Below are positions 8,898 through 16,243 of a DNA stretch of 64,000 nucleotides, in pieces; position 1 is the stretch's first letter; each line of letters starts with the position of its first letter. The notes under the pieces were generated by a model, which made no database searches, was not told the DNA's origin, and saw nothing but the letters and a program-made list of their open reading frames with translations. The DNA is taken from assembly GCA_030427965.1 (NCBI GenBank), contig JAUICD010000001.1:82625-146624 (forward strand). Direction: 5' to 3'. Position numbers and translations under genes: made by a program. The stretch is from Bdellovibrionia bacterium (lineage in GTDB: Bacteria > Bdellovibrionota > Bdellovibrionia > Bdellovibrionales > JAUICD01).

Positions 8898-9866
8898 TTA
8901 AAGCCTTAAGCAAGAAGCCAAGTGGTCTTTGCCATGTTCCTTCAGTTGGGGTGTATCGATTTTGCATGGATCAATAGCAATTGGACATCGAGGGTGAAAG
9001 TAACAGCCTGATGGTGGGTGGATTGGACTTGGAACGTCTCCAGAAAGAATGGTTCGGTCTTTTTTTCCATCAGGGTTTGGTATTGGAATCGCTGACATTA
9101 AAGCTTTGGTGTAAGGGTGCTTTGGCCCTCGATACATTTCCTCAGCTTCGGCCATTTCGACTATTCGGCCCAAATACATCACTGCAACACGCGTTGAGAT
9201 GTGTTCGACAACTTTGAGATCATGAGCAATAAAAAGATATGTCAGTCCAAGCTTCTGTTGAAGGTCCATGAGAAGATTGACAACCTGAGCTTGAATGGAA
9301 ACATCAAGAGCTGAAACGGGTTCGTCACATACAATAAACTCTGGGTCTACAGCAAGTGCACGGGCAATTCCAACTCGTTGACGTTGGCCACCAGAGAATT
9401 CATGAGGGTAGCGATGGATAACGTCTTTTCTAAGTCCGACAGTCTCAAGCAACTCTTGAACCTTATCTCGCCGATCACTTTTTGTTGCATAAAGATTATG
9501 GATTTTCATTGGCTCAGCAATGATTCCACCAATTGTCATTCTGGGGTTAAGGCTGGCATAAGGATCTTGAAAGATGATTTGCATTTGACGCCTCAAAGCT
9601 CTGAGGTCCTCGCCTTTTGATTGCGTGATGTCTTGATCTCGATAAATAATTTTTCCTGATGTGGAGTCGAGAAGTCTTATAATACAACGACCAAGAGTGG
9701 ATTTTCCACATCCAGATTCCCCGACGAGCCCCAATGTTTCACCCTTTCGAATATCAAAACTTACACCCGATACGGCCTTAACACTTGCGATTTCTTTTGA
9801 AAGAAGTCCTCCTTTAATTGGAAACGATTTATGTAGATTTTCAATTTTTAGCAGAGTTTCTGACAT
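8898..9866 (-). CDS. oligopeptide/dipeptide ABC transporter ATP-binding protein (OppF/DppF-like)
   Basis: Walker [10 protein letters not shown], signature FSGGQRQR, Walker B FIVCDEPVSALD. Cys-containing Opp C-terminal extension. Confidence 0.9.
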   Translation of the reverse strand: MSETLLKIENLHKSFPIKGGLLSKEIASVKAVSGVSFDIRKGETLGLVGESGCGKSTLGRCIIRLLDSTSGKIIYRDQDITQSKGEDLRALRRQMQIIFQDPYASLNPRMTIGGIIAEPMKIHNLYATKSDRRDKVQELLETVGLRKDVIHRYPHEFSGGQRQRVGIARALAVDPEFIVCDEPVSALDVSIQAQVVNLLMDLQQKLGLTYLFIAHDLKVVEHISTRVAVMYLGRIVEMAEAEEMYRGPKHPYTKALMSAIPIPNPDGKKDRTILSGDVPSPIHPPSGCYFHPRCPIAIDPCKIDTPQLKEHGKDHLASCLRL

Positions 9867-10856
9867 TTATCGTTGTCCTTGAAAGGGGTGAAAGCACGCA
9901 ACTGTGTGTCCGGGAAGAATTTCGTGAAGTTCAGGTTCAGTATCTTTGCAGTCATTTTGAACTGCGGTACACCGATCTTGAAACCGACAACCGGGAGGAA
10001 TGTCAGAAAGATTGGGTACAATGCCTGGTATTGTTTCAAGTCGAGTTAGGCGTTTTCCGCTATCAAAGTGAGGTACAGAATTTAAAAGCCCTTTTGTATA
10101 ATGGTGCTTTGGTCGATGGAAAATATCTCGCACAGAACCATATTCGATGATTTTACCTGCGTACATCACTGCGACGTTGTCGCAGGTTTCTGCAACCACT
10201 CCAAGATCATGCGTGATCAATATAACAGCCATCCCCAACTCTTTTTGAAGGCGATTGATGAGTTCTAAAATCTGCGCTTGAATTGTAACATCTAGAGCTG
10301 TTGTGGGCTCATCGGCAATGAGAAGTTCTGGTCCGCAACTGAGTGCCATGGCGATCATAATTCTTTGGCGCATTCCACCTGAGAGCTGATGTGGATACTC
10401 ATTTATTCTTGCTTCTGGTTCAGGAATTCCAACGAGTTGAAGCATTTCAATTGTTTTTTCATGAATCTGTGATTTTGTTAAACCCTTCATGTGGAGCTTA
10501 ATAGCTTCAGAAATTTGGTCGCCAACAGTAAAAACGGGATTGAGTGAAGTCATGGGTTCTTGGAAAATCATGGATATATGATTGCCTCGCACAGATCTCA
10601 TTTTCTTTTCGCTCAGTGCAAGGAGACTTTCGCCATTAAAAAGAATTTCTCCTTCGTAAATTTTGCCCGGTGGGTTTGGAATTAAGCGCATAATGGAGAG
10701 TGAAGTAACAGACTTTCCACACCCTGACTCACCGACGATTCCTAAAGTTTTGCCTTTTTCAACCTGAAAGCTAACATCGTCGACGGCCATCATGACGTCG
10801 TTTTCAGTTTTGAATCCAGTTTTGAGATTCTTCACTTCTAGTAATGCCACGCGCAT
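9867..10856 (-). CDS. oligopeptide/dipeptide ABC transporter ATP-binding protein (OppD/DppD-like)
   Basis: Walker [29 protein letters not shown]. It abuts the OppF-like gene with no gap. Confidence 0.9.
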   Translation of the reverse strand: MRVALLEVKNLKTGFKTENDVMMAVDDVSFQVEKGKTLGIVGESGCGKSVTSLSIMRLIPNPPGKIYEGEILFNGESLLALSEKKMRSVRGNHISMIFQEPMTSLNPVFTVGDQISEAIKLHMKGLTKSQIHEKTIEMLQLVGIPEPEARINEYPHQLSGGMRQRIMIAMALSCGPELLIADEPTTALDVTIQAQILELINRLQKELGMAVILITHDLGVVAETCDNVAVMYAGKIIEYGSVRDIFHRPKHHYTKGLLNSVPHFDSGKRLTRLETIPGIVPNLSDIPPGCRFQDRCTAVQNDCKDTEPELHEILPGHTVACFHPFQGQR

Positions 10857-10946
10857 TCTCCCTCGACTTAGCCCTTTTTGAGAGCAACTATCAACGATTA
10901 TTGGCTTTTTGGAACTTGGTCAAGGTTCCCGTAAAAATGGGGTGTT

Positions 10947-12629
10947 CTATTTATTTTCACTTAGAAGGAGAACGCGCTCGGCTGAGTCTACCTTCATATA
11001 TTTTAATGCATCGTATACTAGAGCACTCAAATCAAGTTTTTGAACCCAGCTGTTGGCAAAGATGACAGTTCTACCGTGAAAGATGGGAAACAAAGGGAGA
11101 TCTGTTGCGAGCGTTCTTTCAAGTGAAATAATGGCTTCATGTTGTTTGATCTTATCAAAACTTGATAGTCCAGAATATGCACTGTCGTATACAGGACTGG
11201 AGTAGAACATGAGGTTGGAGCCAGAGGGGTAGAAGTTTTTGGAAAGCGCAATTTGAAAAAAGTAGCTTGGTGAATTGAATTGAGATGTCCATGTTAAGAG
11301 AACAAGTTCAGTGCGCTTCTTTTCAATTCTTTGAAAAAGCTTGGACCATGAGTTTTTTCGAGTTTTTACTACAATTCCATGTTGCGAGAGTTCTTGCACG
11401 ATTTGACTTGCGTACCGACTTTCGTTTTCAGAGTCGATATAATCTAAAGTTATAACAGGTAGCCCTCGACCCTCTGGAAACCCAGCTTTTTTTAACAAAT
11501 CGGAAGTGAGTTGGTTATTGGATGCTGCTTCGTAAATAGAAGAGTATCTGTCAAACCCATTGAGTGGGCTTGGGACCATTCCCTTTGCTTCAGATCTGTA
11601 ATGTTTCATATAGCTGGAGTTTATTGTTTTACGATTTAATGCTGATACGAGAGCTCGTCTTAGGTTTAAGTTTTTGCCAAGTTTGGGGTGAAGCATGTTG
11701 ATGGCAAGAAATGTTGTTGAGGACTGAGGAAAGGATTTTAGAGAAATACGTCTGGGAATATTTTTTTGAAGTGTTCCATTCTTTGTTACGGAATAGTAGA
11801 GATAGACGTTTGAGAAAATGAAGTCCACTTCTCCTAAGGTCAGTGAATTGTAAAGTTCTGTATTGGATCGCCCTGATTGAAACGTGATTTTATCTACTAA
11901 AGGATATTGTGGATTCCAGTATTCTGTGTTTCGAATAAGTTCAATTGTATCTCCGTTTTTCTTTTTCAATTGAAATGCACCAGTTCCAACGGCGTCTCTT
12001 TCAAGGTCAATCCCCTTGGTTTGTGAACAATATTGGGAAACGACAGAGAAAGTCGTAGAGGAAAAGTAATTGGGAAACTCAGGATTTGGTGCTTTTAATT
12101 GGAAAGAAATGGTTTTTTGATCAATTTGGATACCTGCAATCGGATCTTGAAAGTTGGATTTGGCTTGCTCCTGCCATTTGGCCATTCCCAAAACTTGACT
12201 GGCAAAGGATTTCACGACAGGGTGATTTCTTTCTGTCATAATGGCTCTTTTGATTGAGTACAAAATATCTCGTGTACTCAAAAGTCTTCGCTCCTCATTT
12301 TTTTTAAAACATTTATGTGCGTGAAATTTAACGTTCTGACGAATCTGAAAAGTATAGGTGAGGTGATCTTCTGAAACTTTTGGAAGAGCAATGGCAAGTG
12401 ATGGTTTGAGTTTGAGTTGATCGTCTAAGTTTTCATTGGCGAGAAGGTTTTCGTAAAGAGCTCCTGCAATAAATCCAGACTCATTGTTTCTGCTAACAAT
12501 GGGATCGATATTTTGAATGGACCTTAAGGTGCTAATGGAAACTTCGTTTTTTGAAGATGGGTTTTGACACTGCCCGAATCCCAGTATTGTAAGTGATAGG
12601 ACAAAAATACAAACAGAGGAAGTTTTCAT
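10947..12629 (-). CDS. ABC transporter substrate-binding protein, family 5 (peptide/nickel type)
   Basis: Signal peptide. SBP_bac_5-like segment KPSLAIALPKVSEDHLTYTFQIRQNVKFH. Size about 560 aa. Confidence 0.85.
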   Translation of the reverse strand: MKTSSVCIFVLSLTILGFGQCQNPSSKNEVSISTLRSIQNIDPIVSRNNESGFIAGALYENLLANENLDDQLKLKPSLAIALPKVSEDHLTYTFQIRQNVKFHAHKCFKKNEERRLLSTRDILYSIKRAIMTERNHPVVKSFASQVLGMAKWQEQAKSNFQDPIAGIQIDQKTISFQLKAPNPEFPNYFSSTTFSVVSQYCSQTKGIDLERDAVGTGAFQLKKKNGDTIELIRNTEYWNPQYPLVDKITFQSGRSNTELYNSLTLGEVDFIFSNVYLYYSVTKNGTLQKNIPRRISLKSFPQSSTTFLAINMLHPKLGKNLNLRRALVSALNRKTINSSYMKHYRSEAKGMVPSPLNGFDRYSSIYEAASNNQLTSDLLKKAGFPEGRGLPVITLDYIDSENESRYASQIVQELSQHGIVVKTRKNSWSKLFQRIEKKRTELVLLTWTSQFNSPSYFFQIALSKNFYPSGSNLMFYSSPVYDSAYSGLSSFDKIKQHEAIISLERTLATDLPLFPIFHGRTVIFANSWVQKLDLSALVYDALKYMKVDSAERVLLLSENK

Positions 12630-13495
12630 ATTTTGTTTTCTGCTTTACAGCTACTTAGCTTTTGAACAACAGAGTGTTCACCTAATTTCAATAGAATGCT
12701 GTCATTTGACATACTGAAATTCCCAGTGCCTGAGTCCTGTCTGTTTTTATTGTAGGTGATAGAGTATTCGAGGTTTGTAACGTTTGTATTTGGACGGTAA
12801 CAGGGGTTGTTGAATGTAAATGTGCTTTGTCCTAGAGATCTTACTTTTGTGATTGCTTTTCCATATCGACTGACAGCTTGGAAATCTGGAAAATCAATTT
12901 GAAGACTCTGCTGTTCGTTGTCGAAGTGCATTTGTGAAGGGACACTGGATTGTTGGATTTCTAAAATATCAATCGGAGAGTTCATATCTGTAATGTCTTT
13001 AATGATCCCTTCTAACTGAAATGTCAGATGAGTTTTGAAGAGTTGAATATTGCGAGTTGTGGATTCCGTCCGAAGAACTCTCTCAATAACGGAATCTTTT
13101 CTGGTAATGGCGTTTTCCCAATAAATGATTTTATGAATTGTTCCTTCTTCGGCAAATTGAATTTGTCCTTCACGTATTAGAGTTCTTCTTGTTGAGAGTT
13201 CCGTTGTTATGGACCACTTATAACCGTTTTGTGTTTCTTCATATTCAGATGGAATTGGAACCCAATCGCGTTCTGTGAGGTAAAGTGCCAAATAGGTGAC
13301 TCGATTGAGTTCGTTAAACATTGCAATTCCAACATTGTGGATCGAGTTTCGTATTTCTAATGCCACGCGATCGTTTTGTGGATCATTGGGCTTTTTGTTT
13401 TCATCTCGCACATCTACGGGGTCATTGGACCTAGAGGGGTTACAGCCCATAAGTGCTGCAATAAGAATTGGATAGATCCATCTATTTAATTTCAT
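12626..13495 (-). CDS. hypothetical lipoprotein
   Basis: Start moved to MKLNRWIYPILIAALMGC (ATG 13495, preceded by GGGGGA) with a lipobox. 4-nt overlap with the SBP gene start. Confidence 0.55.
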   Translation of the reverse strand: MKLNRWIYPILIAALMGCNPSRSNDPVDVRDENKKPNDPQNDRVALEIRNSIHNVGIAMFNELNRVTYLALYLTERDWVPIPSEYEETQNGYKWSITTELSTRRTLIREGQIQFAEEGTIHKIIYWENAITRKDSVIERVLRTESTTRNIQLFKTHLTFQLEGIIKDITDMNSPIDILEIQQSSVPSQMHFDNEQQSLQIDFPDFQAVSRYGKAITKVRSLGQSTFTFNNPCYRPNTNVTNLEYSITYNKNRQDSGTGNFSMSNDSILLKLGEHSVVQKLSSCKAENKI

Positions 13496-13542
13496 TTTTT
13501 TCCCCCAGGTGATACAGGGATAAGAGTAACAGGAGGACAACC

Positions 13543-14199
13543 TTGAGAGAAAACGATGGCGCATCGCCAAAAGATCAATATGTGAATGATTTGTTTGCCA
13601 GTGAAGATGAGTTTCTTAAAAAGGCCCGTATGAGAGCAAATGAAATAAATCCTCATATGCTGATTTCACCTCGTGAAGGTAAAATGCTCTCAGTGTTTTC
13701 TAAGATGATTCAAGTAGAGAAAGCAGTGGAGATTGGGGCATTTACAGGCTACTCCGCTATTTGGTTGTCGAGGGCTTTGAAAGAAGGGGGGCACCTTTGG
13801 ACCTGTGAGTTTGATGAGAAACATGCGGATCTAACGACACAATCCCTAAGTGAAGCAGGACTTAGTGATCGAACAACGGTTTTAAGAGGTAGTGCTTTAG
13901 AGAAGTTACCTTCTATTGAAGGTGAGGGACCTTTTGATCTTGTTTTTATAGATGCGGATAAGGGTGGGTATATTGAGTATCTTTTGTGGGCAGAAAAGAA
14001 TGTAAGATCTGGTGGTCTGATAATAGGAGACAACACGTATCTTTTTGGGGATGTGTTTGTGGAGCCACGTCCTGACGGGGTAACAAAAAAGTCTTGGGAA
14101 TCTATGCGTGAGTTCAACAGACGACTTGCCACATCTTTGGATTTTGAGTCGATTCTACTTCCTACAGGTGAGGGAATGACATTGGCTTACAAAAAATAA
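13543..14199 (+). CDS. class I SAM-dependent O-methyltransferase (caffeoyl-CoA OMT / YrrM family)
   Basis: VEIGAFTGYSAIWL SAM motif and FDLVFIDADK motif. The start is uncertain (TTG 13543 to GTG 13582). Confidence 0.8.
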   Translation: MRENDGASPKDQYVNDLFASEDEFLKKARMRANEINPHMLISPREGKMLSVFSKMIQVEKAVEIGAFTGYSAIWLSRALKEGGHLWTCEFDEKHADLTTQSLSEAGLSDRTTVLRGSALEKLPSIEGEGPFDLVFIDADKGGYIEYLLWAEKNVRSGGLIIGDNTYLFGDVFVEPRPDGVTKKSWESMREFNRRLATSLDFESILLPTGEGMTLAYKK

Positions 14200-14203
14200 A
14201 AAA

Positions 14204-14229
14204 GCGGCCGGAGGGGGAGTCCGAGCCGC
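14204..14229 (-). terminator. rho-independent terminator functional on the minus strand
   Basis: GCGGC-CGGA / TCCG-(A)-GCCGC stem with a G-rich loop. On the minus strand it is followed by TTTTTTATTTTTT. On the plus strand it follows the methyltransferase stop but has no U-tract. Confidence 0.6.
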
Positions 14230-14457
14230 CAAGGGGGGGGGATAGGATGCTTGGGGTTCTATTACCCTATAGAGCAAGGTGGGTGCCAGGCCAGATCAAA
14301 ATGAAACAGGTCTTTATTAGATGTGTGCTGTGGGGTTGGAAAAAATAGACGTTGCTGGGTCAATCCAGGGCGGTGTGACTTATCTATAAATAGCTGACTT
14401 TACTTAATAAAGTAGAACTTTGTTGATCCTCTTTTCAGGGCGCCGATTTTGGGCTTC

Positions 14458-15393
14458 TTATCTCACCCTAATTTGGATTTCAGCAGGTAGGGTTCCTCCG
14501 ACAAGTCCTCTTACCCTATAGAGTCCCGGAGTTTCCCAATGGATTTGAATTTCATGTGACTCAAATTCGGTCCAAGATCCATCTTCGGTTTCCACTTCCC
14601 AGAGGGTGACAATTCGCCCTTCTTCAAGTGCTGGTTCGATTTGCCCAACAAGTTGAACTGTCTCATTTATCTGAACCTCACTTGATGTGGTTTTTAGATA
14701 TGCGAGAGGAAGTTCCGAAGAAAGGTCCCAACTAGGTCCATTTGGAGGGTTGTCAAAAAAGAGGAAGCTTAAAAAATCATTTCGCCAGTCGCAGTGTATA
14801 TGAGTTTCATAAAGGAGAGTAAAGGAAGACTCTTGATCTAAACACTGTTCTTGCATTTCGCCCAAAGAAATTGCTGGTGACCACATATCAACGGCGTCGC
14901 CATACATATGGCGTGACCATTTGGCAGATCCCGGAGTTCTTGCATTATAACCAGGGCTTCTGTAGCCGCTGTTGACTTTAATTGGTGCTTGAATTTGATC
15001 TCGAATAGCCTGCAGTTTGTCTATTAGAACAGGGGATATGATTCCATATCGTCCTTTTCTTAAAGAAATAAATTCGGAGAGTACAAAGTTTGGTGCGACC
15101 CGGGTGTTGGGGGCTATTTCAAATAAATCGAGGAATCGTACAGGTGTACGATATTGATCCGCATTGCGATGGGAGGGAAATGATGGGTCGGAATAGGAAT
15201 CCCTATATATATAATCATCATTGGGGTCGTCTAAGCTGTCGATTGAAACAAGTGAGTTGCAGTTGAAAAAAGAAGATTCAAACTCAGGGTTACATGAATT
15301 GGTACCATCATCTGAATTGGAGCTATGTTTGGAAGCCCCTTTTCCACATCCCGCAATCACAAGAAATGCAATTCCTAACCAAATTTTTCCCAT
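14458..15393 (-). CDS. peptidase M15A / DUF882 (YcbK/MepK-like) lipoprotein
   Basis: MGKIWLGIAFLVIAGC lipobox. NSGYRSPGYNARTPGSAKWSRHMYGDAVD matches the zinc-binding SGYRS...H..G.A.D core of M15A peptidases. C-terminal extra beta-rich domain. Confidence 0.72.
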   Translation of the reverse strand: MGKIWLGIAFLVIAGCGKGASKHSSNSDDGTNSCNPEFESSFFNCNSLVSIDSLDDPNDDYIYRDSYSDPSFPSHRNADQYRTPVRFLDLFEIAPNTRVAPNFVLSEFISLRKGRYGIISPVLIDKLQAIRDQIQAPIKVNSGYRSPGYNARTPGSAKWSRHMYGDAVDMWSPAISLGEMQEQCLDQESSFTLLYETHIHCDWRNDFLSFLFFDNPPNGPSWDLSSELPLAYLKTTSSEVQINETVQLVGQIEPALEEGRIVTLWEVETEDGSWTEFESHEIQIHWETPGLYRVRGLVGGTLPAEIQIRVR

Positions 15394-15454
15394 AGAGTTA
15401 GGATACGTGAGCACTTTAAAATAGTTAATAAAATGGAAAAGTTAAGACATTTGT

Positions 15455-16243
15455 CTAGGGTTTTTCATGAGAAGCAATAGAACTTAAAAAGTCACGCAGT
15501 CTTGGTTTATAAACCTCAGGTGCATCTCTTAATCCTGTTAAGTGTTCTGCAATTGGAATTTCTAAAATCTGTAAATCCAAGTGATCTTGGTTTTTGAAAG
15601 CATCATCAATTGCTGCAACTGGCACGAGTTTGTCTTTCCATGCTCGAATTGAGAGAATGGGAAAAGATGCAGGTAAATGAGAGAGGCTTTCACTTAAATA
15701 TTTTTTATGAAAAGGCGACCATAAAAAGTAGGTTCCAATGGAAGCGCCTAACCTGAGAATTGGGTTTTCTATTTGAAACTGCTCGCGCATCAAATTCCAA
15801 GTGCATAGGGGCATTCTCACAAACGGGCCTCCATCACAAATCAACCCCTTTACATCACTTCTCTCTGGTAGGGTCATAGCTTCTAAAGCACTCGCTGTTG
15901 GATTGGAAAAGGAGAATATAATTTTATCTCCGGAAACAAAGTCCAAAACATCGCGTATTTCATCAGCCCACTTGTGTTCTAAGCCAAATCTTTTTGAGAC
16001 CCTTGAATAGGGTTTGGATTTTAAAAAAGTTTTTTTATTGTAAGACAAGTTAAAGGCAATGGCATCAAAGCCAAGTGAATTCACTAGTCGAATGTGTCGG
16101 ATAAGGTGTTCCACAGAACCACCAAAGAAATGAACAAATACAATTTTTTCTTCATACTTTCGTGCGTTACTGGGAAAATGAAAGACGTCAGTTTTCCCCG
16201 CACGACCTAATCGTTGTTTTTCTGTGGCCATAGCTCTCGCCAA
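15455..16243 (-). CDS. putative alpha/beta-fold hydrolase (uncharacterised)
   Basis: VFVHFFGG oxyanion-like segment and overall length fit. The nucleophile elbow is not canonical (FSFSNP). The 5' end overlaps the E1 gene's 3' end. Confidence 0.4.
   Translation of the reverse strand: MARAMATEKQRLGRAGKTDVFHFPSNARKYEEKIVFVHFFGGSVEHLIRHIRLVNSLGFDAIAFNLSYNKKTFLKSKPYSRVSKRFGLEHKWADEIRDVLDFVSGDKIIFSFSNPTASALEAMTLPERSDVKGLICDGGPFVRMPLCTWNLMREQFQIENPILRLGASIGTYFLWSPFHKKYLSESLSHLPASFPILSIRAWKDKLVPVAAIDDAFKNQDHLDLQILEIPIAEHLTGLRDAPEVYKPRLRDFLSSIASHEKP

Noticed and set aside
12626-13570. Full 314-aa version of the lipoprotein ORF starting at 13570 (MAMRHRFLSRLSS...).
   Set aside because: The extension overlaps the divergent methyltransferase start region and lacks an RBS. 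The internal ATG 13495 gives a textbook lipoprotein signal peptide preceded by GGGGGA.
14200-14457. Considered whether this spacer encodes a known structured RNA (6S, SRP, tmRNA, RNase P or a riboswitch).
   Set aside because: I could not recognise any diagnostic conserved motif by eye. It is kept only as a generic sRNA / 3'-UTR candidate in the findings.
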